This document shows positions 30,116 through 39,763 of a stretch of DNA of 64,000 nucleotides, piece by piece. This DNA is from Candidatus Hydrothermales bacterium (GTDB lineage Bacteria > Hydrothermota > Hydrothermia > Hydrothermales > JAJRUZ01): assembly GCA_039630575.1 (NCBI GenBank), contig JBCNUW010000002.1:6529-70528 (forward strand), read 5' to 3'. Made by a program: the position numbers and the translations under genes. The notes beneath the pieces were generated by a model, which was not told the DNA's origin, ran no database searches, and saw only the letters and a program-made list of their open reading frames with translations. Within the stretch, counting starts at the first letter, position 1, and each line of letters starts with the position of its first letter.

Positions 30116-31110
30116 ACTTAAGGCTATAAGCTTGAAATAGTTGAAAGATTGAATAACGAATATGTAGGTTTTGAGAGGAATTTTGATCGGATTTAAAAAT
30201 TTTAGACTAAACTTCTCAATGGCCTTTTCCTAATAGCAAATAGGGATATAATAAAAAATGGTTTAAGTTATATAATTTATAAATCTACGGATTCTAAAAA
30301 AGAAAAGTGAAGATATAAAATCTTTGACGCCTTGTCTGATTATCAAATTATTATTTACTTTAATTTCCTTAATTAATTTTAGGATTTCTGTTTACAAAAA
30401 AGTTGGATTAAAAAATTCATAGCCAAAATTTGATTAATTATGGAAATATGGCATCAATGTGAAATTCTGGATATGCTGATGTTTTTACTCTAAAATTTGA
30501 AAGGCTTTATTTGCAGAAAATTCTGGTTTAGTTCCAAACATAGACACTTAAATTTTACAATTTCCCTTTTCTTTAAAAAACTTACAAAATTAAACGAAAA
30601 TTTTACTTTATAATCTCGGGGTAATATAGTTTACTTTGTACTATCTTTTTACTTCCTAATAACATTTTATATAAAAAAATTCAAAAATGTTTTTTTATTT
30701 ATGGTGGCAAAAATGTTTGATACATTTAAAATGTTAAAGTTAAGTTATCATTAAATTTATTTTGAAAAATTTAAGTATGTATACTTTTATAAATTGTAAA
30801 AGAACTTCTTTTGATAAATTAAAGGTCATAAATATAAGCACACAAATGATATTTTAAAAGAAAATACAATCAGAATTCCACAAAAAAGTTGAGAAATTAA
30901 TGGATTAAAGTGGATGGGGTAATTAAAATTTGGAGTGATTTTGAGACAATTAATACCAACTTCTGATTAGAAAGTTTTAGTAAAATGAAGGATACGAAAA
31001 TGAAGAGAAATAAACAGAAATAACACTTGATCTTGCTATCAAGGATATTCTAAGTATGAAATATTAAATTTTTTTAAAAAGTAAGTTATAATAAAAATTA
31101 ATATTTAGTA

Positions 31111-31839
31111 ATGGAGTTTACACTTGCAATAATCAATATCTATCATATGGGTGAAAGTGGCAAACATGTTATTAATGTTGAAAATAATGATGATATATTA
31201 TCTTCTAAAAGACAAGTGGAGATTGAAGAGTTGGTTAATAAACTTGCAAGCTACAAACCAACAAAAATATTTATAGAGGTACTTCCAGAAAAAGAGAAAG
31301 AGTGGAACGAAAAATACAATAACTACTTGAATGGTAAACTTGAGCTTGATAGAAATGAAATTGAGCAAGTTGGATTTAGACTTGCTAAGATACTTGGACA
31401 TAAAAGATTATACGGTATTGATGATTTTAATGAAGAGTTTGATTGGGGTGAAAGTTTTGAGAACCCCTTTGAAAAATATAAAAATGATAAAGAATTAAAA
31501 AATTTATTGAAAAAAGGTGAAAGAAAATCTCAAAAAGAAATTAAAATTTTGAAAGAAAAAGGAGTAATTGGGTTTATCAGGTATTTAAATAGTCCTAAAT
31601 ATATGAAGGAGGATAATGAATTTTATATAGAGATTGCAAAAATAAGAAGAGAGTTTGCTTTATGGGTTAAGTGGTGGTATGGCAGAAACTTTAATATATT
31701 CCGAAACATTCTTAATAAAGCTCAAAATGGGGATAAAATTTTAGTTATCATAGGAGCAGGACATGGTTATTTTTTAAGAGAGATAAGCAAAAAATATAAA
31801 GGAGTAAGATTGATAGATATAAGAAAATATCTAAAGTAA
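31111..31839 (+). CDS. TraB/GumN/ChaN (Tiki) superfamily protein, solitary in AT-rich island
   Basis: The 242 aa product has a C-terminal 'ILVIIGAGHGYFLREI' resembling the second GxxH motif of TraB/GumN. Near its N-terminus is 'IYHMGESGKH'. It is flanked by ~1.0 kb and ~1.7 kb of non-coding AT-rich DNA. Confidence 0.45.
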   Translation: MEFTLAIINIYHMGESGKHVINVENNDDILSSKRQVEIEELVNKLASYKPTKIFIEVLPEKEKEWNEKYNNYLNGKLELDRNEIEQVGFRLAKILGHKRLYGIDDFNEEFDWGESFENPFEKYKNDKELKNLLKKGERKSQKEIKILKEKGVIGFIRYLNSPKYMKEDNEFYIEIAKIRREFALWVKWWYGRNFNIFRNILNKAQNGDKILVIIGAGHGYFLREISKKYKGVRLIDIRKYLK

Positions 31840-32115
31840 AAAAATTACTAAGGTTTGTATAAAAGAGTATTTTTGCGCTGTGTTTTCTATGTTATTCTGA
31901 GTTTTAATTTTTTTATTTTGCTCTTGCCTAAAATTTTTTGCTTTTTAGTTTTTTTAAAAGGTTAAATTTTATTGAGAATAAAAAAATTTTAACGTAAAAA
32001 TTGCAAACATGGAAAAAAACACTGTAAGTTTAAAAGATGATTAATATCTGGAAAAGGGTATCTTTTTAGAATGTTCTTTCTATCATAAGAAGTTAAAATG
32101 AAAAATTGAGAAAAA

Positions 32116-32560
32116 TATTTAAAGGTGAAAACCATGCATTTCCAAATTTAATTCTTTTTTCCACTTCAATAAACCTTGTATCAAATTTTACTCCTCCACC
32201 AAGCTTAAATTTTTAATCTCTTTTGTATAGCCTGAATAAATTTCAATTATATTCCGTGTGGGTTCTTCTTTATAGTTAAAATAATTTCCGAGGGATAAAA
32301 TTTGTTTGATAAAGAAAAGGTAAAAGAATTCCTATTTTTTTCATATTAATTATTAGGGATAATTCAGGTTTTAAACGGATATATTCATTCTCAAAAATTT
32401 CTGAACCACCAAATTTATTAAAAGGAAAATGAGAAATTAAAAAGAAAATTTTAAAATTATTTAAACTATAGTTTACTCCTGCCCTTACTGTAAAAGGTAA
32501 ATTAGAGAAAGAATAAAAAGTTGTTGTTATTGAAAAAACCAAATAATCAAGCTTTGTTTT
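32116..32560 (-). pseudogene. Decayed fragment(s) of a beta-barrel protein paralogous to the FadL/PorV-like gene at 29078-30115
   Basis: Minus-strand frames give '...KLGGGVKFDTRFIEVEKRIKFGNAWF' (compare '..FGGGIKLGKFFFDIGVDSP' at the C-terminus of the intact gene) and '..FTVRAGVNYSL...'. The reading frame is broken between these pieces. Confidence 0.3.
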
Positions 32561-33581
32561 TTAAAATATTTTCTATTTCCCATATCAGTGCAAAAGGCAT
32601 ATTTTTTAAGTTTATAGTCTCTACTATATTTTATATACTCATCAAGTAAGGGATTATAGTGATAAAATATTTTTCCATTTAAAAAAAGATTGAATTTTTT
32701 ATAAGATTAAAAGCAGTTTTACTTTTAAAAATTGTTGAAATTAATTTAAATGAATCTGAAAACAATCTTCTGTATACACCATCATTTCATTTTTAAAGTC
32801 CCCTTCTTTTGAATATACAAATTCTATAAATATGAATTTTTTATAAAAGGAGGAATAAAATAGATATTGGGTGTAATCATTCTAAAATGTATTAGATTCA
32901 CCATTTTTAGTAATTACTTCCCAGTCATAAGAAAAATGTTCAAAGTAGACACTTAGAGGATTTTTTCTTTTATAGAAAAACGAATCTCTCTAAATGAAAT
33001 TGTATTGTCATAAAAAATAGAAAATTTTTGAAAATAAAATGATTAGAAATATTTTCATGATATAATTTTATTTTAAAAAATAATCAATTCACTTTTATTT
33101 CTGTAAAATTTAGACGAAGAAAGTATTTCTCATTTTATATTTTATTATAAAGTTTTTGTATTTATTGTATAATTCCATACATTTTGGTCTTGTAGGGTTA
33201 TTAAAGGAAAATTTTTATTCAATGAAGTGTGAGGTTTAAATTAGTATAAAATTTTTCTTTGTTTAATTAGGTTTTCGGAAATACCTTCTACAAAACATTT
33301 TTGTATAGTTCTAATGAATTTATCTCCAAGTTTTTGCATAAAAATATTATTGCTTATGGGTTTGGTTTTTCATTTTTTTCTTTCAAGCATTTTATAACTT
33401 TTATGATAGCCAGATTCAGTAAGAAACTTCAAACTCTTTACAAAACCCATCAAGTAGCAACTTTTATTATCTTTCCTCTTCTTTGGAATATGTTGGGATA
33501 AATACTATCTATTTTCTTCTTATAAGCTTTTCTTATATTTTTAATTTAAATTGCTTTTTATTTTAAAAAAACTTATAATAA

Positions 33582-34637
33582 GTGATGAATTTTATAATTT
33601 CTTTATTTTTTGTTTCACAAAGTTACAATCAAGAAATTGCCGATATAATCCAGAGAGTATCTTTAGATTCTATTTACGATGTTATTTACAAGTTACAAAA
33701 ATTTTGGACAAGACATTATTTAAGCGACTCAATGTATAAATCCCGTTTATGGATAAAATCTAAATTGGAGAATTACGGATATTTTATGAGGGAACATATT
33801 TTCTTTTATGGTGGAAGAGAACAGGCGAATATCATAGCCACTAAGTACGGGATTTTAGACACATTAAATCCAATAATAATTACTGCTCATTATGATTCAA
33901 GGGGTTTAAACTGGTGGCAACCCCCATACGGACCAGCACCAGGTGCTGATGACAACGCTTCAGGTGTGTCTCTTTTGATTGAAGTTGCAAGAATTATTAA
34001 AGATATGAATTTTAACTACACCATTAAATTTGTTGCCTTTGCTGCTGAAGAACCAGGTCTAATAGGTTCCCAGAAACTTGCTGATTATTACATACAGAAC
34101 AATAGGAGAATAAAGTATCTTTTTAATGTTGACATGATAGGCGGAGATATAAATTATTTAAATAACAGGGTGATAGTAGAATGGGATATGGGGAATCAAG
34201 TTGACTCAAATGACAATAAATCTTTTGCTTATGCAGAAACACTTGCAACCATGTATAATCTCTATACAACCCTTAATACTGTTTATGGAAATATTTTTGC
34301 ATCAGACTATTTACCTTTCGAAGCTTACGGTTATACAACTCTCGGTCTATTTGAATATTATTTTAATTCAGGATATCACAGTGAAGATGATATTGTTGAT
34401 TCTCTTGATATTAACTACGCAACCACAATAATAAAAGGAGCTCTTGCCTTTATATTACATACAGCAAAATTACAACCATCCTATGTAAAAGAAAAAATTA
34501 CTTCAAAAAATATTACCTTTATTAAAAATAACATTTATGATATATCTGGAAGAAAAGTAAACAAAGATAAAATTTTAAAAGGCATCTATATTCTAAAAGA
34601 TGGCTCAATTACCAAAAAAATTATAAAAATCAAATAA
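33582..34637 (+). CDS. M28 family zinc aminopeptidase with T9SS C-terminal sorting domain
   Basis: The 351 aa product has the metal ligands 'ITAHYDSRG', 'GADDNASGVSLLIEVA' and 'AAEEPGLIGS'. The C-terminus 'IYDISGRKVNKDKILKGIYILKDGSITKKIIKIK' is a T9SS CTD. Confidence 0.75.
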   Translation: MMNFIISLFFVSQSYNQEIADIIQRVSLDSIYDVIYKLQKFWTRHYLSDSMYKSRLWIKSKLENYGYFMREHIFFYGGREQANIIATKYGILDTLNPIIITAHYDSRGLNWWQPPYGPAPGADDNASGVSLLIEVARIIKDMNFNYTIKFVAFAAEEPGLIGSQKLADYYIQNNRRIKYLFNVDMIGGDINYLNNRVIVEWDMGNQVDSNDNKSFAYAETLATMYNLYTTLNTVYGNIFASDYLPFEAYGYTTLGLFEYYFNSGYHSEDDIVDSLDINYATTIIKGALAFILHTAKLQPSYVKEKITSKNITFIKNNIYDISGRKVNKDKILKGIYILKDGSITKKIIKIK

Positions 34638-34722
34638 ATTCTTTAGGTTTGCAAAAATAAAAATAGAAAGTTATATTTTATTATAAAATTTAAAAGATTC
34701 TTTTTTTAAAAGGAGGTAAAAT

Positions 34723-36483
34723 TTGAAAGAAGATGTACAGGTACGTATAGCCGGTATTGCCGGTGATGGAAGTTTTATTACAGGTGAGGTTTTAGCTTCT
34801 GCTTTAAAGAAAATAGGTTTCTTCGTAGTTACAATAAGAGATTTTCCGTCGAATATAAGGGGTCTACCCTCAAACTACACAGTAAGAGGTTCTTCAAAAC
34901 CTGTATATGGAAGGAAAGATTTTGACGATTTTCAAATAGCCTTTGATCTACAAAGTCTTAAAAACCACCTTTCAGATCTAAAAGAAGGGTCAGTTGTAAT
35001 ATATGATTCACCTAAATTAGAGGAATTAAAAAGTGAAATCAGAAAGGATGGGATTTATTATGTTTCATTACCACTAAGGGAAATTGCAAGAAAGGAAATG
35101 GGAGTTGAGCTTATAAAAAATATGGTTGCCTTTGGTGTCCTTGCAGAAATACTCGGAATTAATGACGAAATTATTAACCTTGTTGTCTACGAAAACTTTA
35201 AAAAGAAAGGCGAAAAGTTCATTGAATTAAACAAAAAAGCTATTTTAAGAGGTAGAGAACTTATAAGAAATAATGAAAAAAAATTTCCTGATTTCAAACT
35301 AAAAATTTTAAAAGATGAAAACAGAGTACTTGCCATGGGTAACGATCTTGTTTCTATGGGTGCGATAGCGGGAGGATGCAGATTTCTTGCAGCTTATCCA
35401 ATAACTCCAGCTTCAGAAGTTCTTGAATTTTTAGCGAGAGAATTAAAAAAATTCGGAGGAGTGACTGTTCAAGCTGAAGATGAGATAGCTTCAATAAATA
35501 TGGCGATTGGAGCTTCCATAGCAGGGTTAAGAGCTCTTGTATCCTCCTCTGGACCTGGAATTGCCCTAAAAACTGAGGGTCTTTCCTATGCTGGAATGAC
35601 AGAAACCCCCCTTGTAATTTACTATGCCATGAGAGTTGGACCTTCTACCGGTCTACCTACGAAAACAAGTCAAGAGGATATGCTTTATATAATCTTTGGA
35701 GGGCACGGTGAGTTTCCAAGAGTTGTTTTAATGCCTGGAACACCTGAGGAACTGTTTTATTTAACTGCTGAAGCCTTTAATCTAGCTGAAGAATTTCAAA
35801 TTCCAGTAATTATACTTACAGACCAATTCTTAGCTCAGAACAAGTTTACTATAGATAAACATAAGTTAAATCCACAAAAGGTTGAAATAAGAAGGGGCAA
35901 ACTTTTATTAGACGGAGACAACATTCCAAAAAAGGATGGATTTTTCTTGAGATACAAAATTGAAGAGGACGGAATTTCTCCACGAATAATTCCTGGTACA
36001 GAAGGAGGAGTTTTCGGAACAACAGGTTATGAACACGATGAAGCAGGCTATGGAACTGAAGATGAAGAAAATAGAATAAAGATGGTTAATAAAAGAATGA
36101 CAAAAATAAAGTCCATATCCAAAAAGGTCCCGCCACCTGCTCTATATGAAAAGAAAGAATCTAAGTATGGAATAATATCAGCTGGATCAACTTTCGGACC
36201 AGTCTTGGAAACAATCGAAAGATTTGAGGGGGAGGGAATAAATATTTCTTTTTTAAGAATTGTAACACTATGGCCATTCCCTGAAGAGGAAGTAAGAAAG
36301 TTTGTAGAGGATAAAGAAAAAGTTTTTATTGTGGAACAAAACTATAAAGGTCAACTGAGATTTCTTGTTGAAAATGCCATAATAGATGTGCACAAAAATA
36401 AAATAAGGGGTATTACAAAATACTCAGGAAAAGCCTTTAGACCGCTGGAGATAGAAAATAAAATAAGGGAGGAAATAAAGTGA
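34723..36483 (+). CDS. 2-oxoacid:ferredoxin oxidoreductase, fused gamma/alpha subunit
   Basis: The 586 aa product has the N-terminal 'IAGIAGDGSFITGEVLA' (POR gamma-like) followed by the alpha catalytic region. Confidence 0.85.
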   Translation: MKEDVQVRIAGIAGDGSFITGEVLASALKKIGFFVVTIRDFPSNIRGLPSNYTVRGSSKPVYGRKDFDDFQIAFDLQSLKNHLSDLKEGSVVIYDSPKLEELKSEIRKDGIYYVSLPLREIARKEMGVELIKNMVAFGVLAEILGINDEIINLVVYENFKKKGEKFIELNKKAILRGRELIRNNEKKFPDFKLKILKDENRVLAMGNDLVSMGAIAGGCRFLAAYPITPASEVLEFLARELKKFGGVTVQAEDEIASINMAIGASIAGLRALVSSSGPGIALKTEGLSYAGMTETPLVIYYAMRVGPSTGLPTKTSQEDMLYIIFGGHGEFPRVVLMPGTPEELFYLTAEAFNLAEEFQIPVIILTDQFLAQNKFTIDKHKLNPQKVEIRRGKLLLDGDNIPKKDGFFLRYKIEEDGISPRIIPGTEGGVFGTTGYEHDEAGYGTEDEENRIKMVNKRMTKIKSISKKVPPPALYEKKESKYGIISAGSTFGPVLETIERFEGEGINISFLRIVTLWPFPEEEVRKFVEDKEKVFIVEQNYKGQLRFLVENAIIDVHKNKIRGITKYSGKAFRPLEIENKIREEIK

Positions 36484-37364
36484 GTGAAATAGTTGAAAAG
36501 GTTAAAATAAAAACTTTTAAAGATTATGAGGGTTATAAAAAACCATTTTGGTGTCCAGGTTGTGGAGATTTTTCTATTCTCTCTTCACTAAAAAAGGTCT
36601 CAGCTGATTTAGGCATAGAACCTTCGAAAACAGTTTTGGTTTCAGGTATTGGCTGTTCAGGTAAAAGCTACTCCTTTTTTTATGCAAATGGAGTTCACAC
36701 CCTTCACGGAAGAGTTTTACCAGTTGCAACAGGAATAAAATTAGCTAATCCCGAACTTTTAGTGATAGGACTTTCAGGAGATGGTGATTCTCTTGCAATA
36801 GGTGGAAATCACTTCCTACACACAGCAAGAAGAAATGTAGGTATTAAACTCATAATAATGAATAACCAAATTTATGGTCTTACAAAAGGTCAATTTTCTC
36901 CAACATCCAATCATGGATTTGTAACGGTATCAAGTCCTTATGGTTCTGTGGAATTTCCCATAGATCCTGTTTTAATTTCCCTTTCAGCCGGTGCAAGTTT
37001 TGTAGCAAGAGGTTTCTCAGGAGAACCAAATTCTCTTATGGAAATTTTAAAAGCTGCAATCAATCATAAAGGTTTTGCAGTTGTTGATGTTCTATCACCA
37101 TGTGTTACTTATAACAAGATAAATACTTACGAGTGGTATAGAGAGAATATAAAGTTTATACCCGATAATCATGATACAAGCGACCTAAAATCTGCAATTT
37201 TACTTGCAATTTCAGGTGATGGAAAAATCCCAATTGGAATTTTTTATAGAAAAGAAAGACGTACCTATGAAGAGTTGATTCTTGATAGTAATAATCCTTG
37301 TAAGGTAGATCTATATTGTGGAAGAGATCGTGTAATTGAGCTGATAGAGGAATTATCAAAATAG
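36480..37364 (+). CDS. 2-oxoacid:ferredoxin oxidoreductase beta subunit (TPP-binding)
   Basis: The 294 aa product has 'WCPGCGDF' and 'GDGDSLAIGGNHF' (TPP-binding). It is 4-nt coupled to the alpha subunit. Confidence 0.85.
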   Translation: MSEIVEKVKIKTFKDYEGYKKPFWCPGCGDFSILSSLKKVSADLGIEPSKTVLVSGIGCSGKSYSFFYANGVHTLHGRVLPVATGIKLANPELLVIGLSGDGDSLAIGGNHFLHTARRNVGIKLIIMNNQIYGLTKGQFSPTSNHGFVTVSSPYGSVEFPIDPVLISLSAGASFVARGFSGEPNSLMEILKAAINHKGFAVVDVLSPCVTYNKINTYEWYRENIKFIPDNHDTSDLKSAILLAISGDGKIPIGIFYRKERRTYEELILDSNNPCKVDLYCGRDRVIELIEELSK

Positions 37365-37366
37365 AG

Positions 37367-38002
37367 ATTAAAATAAATTTAAGAGATTACGAAAAAATAA
37401 AAGATGAAATTGAGAAAAAAGTAAATGAATTTAAAAGCATATGGTTAAACCAAGATAAGTTAGCTATATACAAAGAATTTATTTTCTGTCTTCTAACACC
37501 TCAATCAAGGGCAAAACTATGTTGGGAAGCAGTTTTGAATCTTGAAAGAAAAAAAATTATTTTTGAAGGAAGTTTTGAGGATATTTTAGAGGGAATTTCA
37601 AAAATAAGATTTAAAAAACAAAAGGCAAAATACATTTTAACAAACAGAGAAAAATTTCTAAAGAATGGAGAATTCATCTTGATTGATATTTTAAAAAGTA
37701 TAAATGATCCTTACAAAGCAAGAGATTATCTCATCAAAAATGTGATAGGTTATGGATTAAAAGAGGCAAGTCATTTTTTACGAAACATAGGTTTTAATTT
37801 TGATCTTTCAATCCTTGATAGGCATATTTTAAAAAATTTAAAAAATGAAAAGGTAATAGAGGAAATTCCCAAAATTCTAACTAAAAGAAAATACTTAGAG
37901 ATAGAAAATAAGTTTATTGAATTTTCAAAAAAACTTTCTATTCCACTTGTTAACCTTGATCTTTATTTTTGGTGGAGGGAAACAGGTGAAGTTTTTAAAT
38001 GA
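37367..38002 (+). CDS. ogg: Ogg2/archaeal-type 8-oxoguanine DNA glycosylase/AP lyase (HhH-GPD); no canonical start codon
   Basis: The in-frame ORF from 37367 translates to 'IKINLRDYEKIKDEIEKKVNEFKSIWLNQDKLAIYKEFIFCLLTPQSRAKLCWEA...GYGLKEASHFLRNIGFNFDLSILDRHI' (HhH with catalytic K and D). The ORF track starts at TTG 37535, which would remove ~56 conserved residues. There is no ATG, GTG or TTG between the upstream stop (37337-37339) and 37535. Confidence 0.65.
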   Translation: MKINLRDYEKIKDEIEKKVNEFKSIWLNQDKLAIYKEFIFCLLTPQSRAKLCWEAVLNLERKKIIFEGSFEDILEGISKIRFKKQKAKYILTNREKFLKNGEFILIDILKSINDPYKARDYLIKNVIGYGLKEASHFLRNIGFNFDLSILDRHILKNLKNEKVIEEIPKILTKRKYLEIENKFIEFSKKLSIPLVNLDLYFWWRETGEVFK

Positions 38003-38601
38003 GTCTTAAAGAAAAATTAACTGAAGGATTTAATTTTAAAGAATATCTGATTAAGGCTGAAAAGATAAATAAAGGTAGATTTAAGGAGGAAATTAATTTT
38101 GAAATTTATTTAATTAAAGGTATTAAAAAATCTTTTCTTTTAAATATAAAATACTTTGAAGGAAGAAAACCCTATTACAGGAAATGGATTGAAATCTTCA
38201 ACATAAGAAAAGAATTCTTTAATTCTGAATACGAGGAATTCTTTCTTAGCTCCGTTTCAGATGAAATAAAAGAAGGTGAAAAAATTTTAATAGAATATGT
38301 TAACGATGAAGAAACTTACCAATTTTTATTTAAAGGATACCCTGTTTCAATTTCAAGGTTAGGTTTTAAACTTTTAAAACTTTCCTTTACATTTTTGAAA
38401 AATTTCTATGTTCCTGAAGGTTATTGGGAAGGAAGCCAAAAAATAATTGCAGAAAAGGCAATCAATGAAACACAGAAAGAAGTAAGGTTAAATGAAATCA
38501 AAAAAGAAATAGAGGATTTTTATCTTAAGTATAAGAACTCAGAAGAAAAACTAATCAAAAATGCTATTTTAAGAATTAAACAATTAAAAGATTATTTATA
38601 A
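37999..38601 (+). CDS. Hypothetical protein (Lys/Glu-rich)
   Basis: The 200 aa ORF is 4-nt coupled to ogg. I recognised no motif. Confidence 0.4.
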   Translation: MSLKEKLTEGFNFKEYLIKAEKINKGRFKEEINFEIYLIKGIKKSFLLNIKYFEGRKPYYRKWIEIFNIRKEFFNSEYEEFFLSSVSDEIKEGEKILIEYVNDEETYQFLFKGYPVSISRLGFKLLKLSFTFLKNFYVPEGYWEGSQKIIAEKAINETQKEVRLNEIKKEIEDFYLKYKNSEEKLIKNAILRIKQLKDYL

Positions 38602-38661
38602 AACTTAATTGATTTTTAATTTTATATTTATTTAAAATTTAATAAATTACAGGAGGATAAA

Positions 38662-39762
38662 ATGGAAATAAAACCCTTTGGATCTGAACCCTTTAGGGTT
38701 ATTGATGAGGAGGGTAAGCCTCTTTTTGACTTAAATTTAAAAGAATATGGAATTAATACCGAAATACTCTTGAAAATGTACAAAGATATAGTTTTAACAA
38801 GAGAAATTGATAAACTGGGATGGATTCTTGTTAGGCAAGGAAAAGCTTACTTTTATATTTCAATAGGAGGCCATGAAACTGCCCATGTAGCTTCACTTTA
38901 TGCTCTTGAAAAAGAAGACTATGTAATGCCCTATTATAGAACAGTTCCATCACTTCACGTAAGGGGGGTTAAAGTTGAAGAAATCTTTTCTCAAATACTA
39001 GGAAAATACACCGACCCACTTAAAGGAAGACAGATGCCTGGACATTTTGGAAAAAAGGAACTGAATATTTTTGTTCCTGGGTCACCTGTTGGTCTTGGAC
39101 ATAATGTAGCAATGGGTGTTGCAATGGGTATAAAGTATAAAAATCATAAAAGAGTAATAATATCCTATGGTGGTGAAGGATCAACCTCTCAACCACACTT
39201 CCATTCAGCAATGAATTTTGCTTCTGTATTCAAATTGCCCTTGATAATTTTTATAATAGATAATCATTATGCAATCTCAGTTCCTAGGACAAAACAAACT
39301 GCTTCAGAAACAATAGCAATTAAAGCTAAAGCCTATTGTATGGAGGGTTACCTTGTTGATGGAAATGACGCTATAGCTACATACATAGTAACAAAAAAAT
39401 GTGTAAATGAGGTAAGAGAAAACTCAAAACCTATACTAATAGAGGCCTATACATATAGATATGATCCCCACTCATCTGCAGATGATGATAGAAAATATAG
39501 AAAAAAAGAAGAAATTCAAGAATGGAAAAAGAAAGACGGGCTTTTGAGACTAAAAAAATATCTGGAATACCTTTCTTTATGGGATGAAGAAAAAGATTTA
39601 ATGTTAAAAAAAGAAATTGAAGAAAAACTTAATAACATACTGGAGGAAGTTGAAAAAAAACATCTTCCAATTTATAAGGATATGTTTTATGAAGTTTATG
39701 TGAATACTCCTTGGTATCTTGAAGAGGAATACATGGAACTCAAAAGGGAAATGGAGGGTTAA
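38662..39762 (+). CDS. pdhA: 2-oxoacid dehydrogenase E1 component alpha subunit (TPP-dependent; pyruvate/acetoin/branched-chain type)
   Basis: The 366 aa product has the TPP motif region 'GGEGSTSQPHFHSAMNFASVFKLPLIIFIIDNHYAIS'. An RBS 'AGGAGGATAAA' precedes the ATG. Confidence 0.85.
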   Translation: MEIKPFGSEPFRVIDEEGKPLFDLNLKEYGINTEILLKMYKDIVLTREIDKLGWILVRQGKAYFYISIGGHETAHVASLYALEKEDYVMPYYRTVPSLHVRGVKVEEIFSQILGKYTDPLKGRQMPGHFGKKELNIFVPGSPVGLGHNVAMGVAMGIKYKNHKRVIISYGGEGSTSQPHFHSAMNFASVFKLPLIIFIIDNHYAISVPRTKQTASETIAIKAKAYCMEGYLVDGNDAIATYIVTKKCVNEVRENSKPILIEAYTYRYDPHSSADDDRKYRKKEEIQEWKKKDGLLRLKKYLEYLSLWDEEKDLMLKKEIEEKLNNILEEVEKKHLPIYKDMFYEVYVNTPWYLEEEYMELKREMEG

Positions 39763-39763
39763 A

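Noticed and set aside
30116-33581. CRISPR array, integrase or transposase in the AT-rich island
   Set aside because: No direct-repeat/spacer periodicity is visible. Only short broken frames appear, with no recognisable DDE or tyrosine-recombinase motifs. The region is reported as a decayed island instead.
33301-33739. Small plus-strand ORFs 33301..33501 and 33551..33739
   Set aside because: They are low-complexity Phe/Ile-rich. The second overlaps the M28 peptidase start in another frame. The region more likely holds minus-strand gene relics.
39719-39763. E1beta start at 39719 as given in the ORF track (44-nt overlap with E1alpha)
   Set aside because: An ATG at 39764 with a GGAGGG RBS, 1 nt after the E1alpha stop, gives the canonical MVKKNI... 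N-terminus. The longer version adds an unconserved 15-aa leader.
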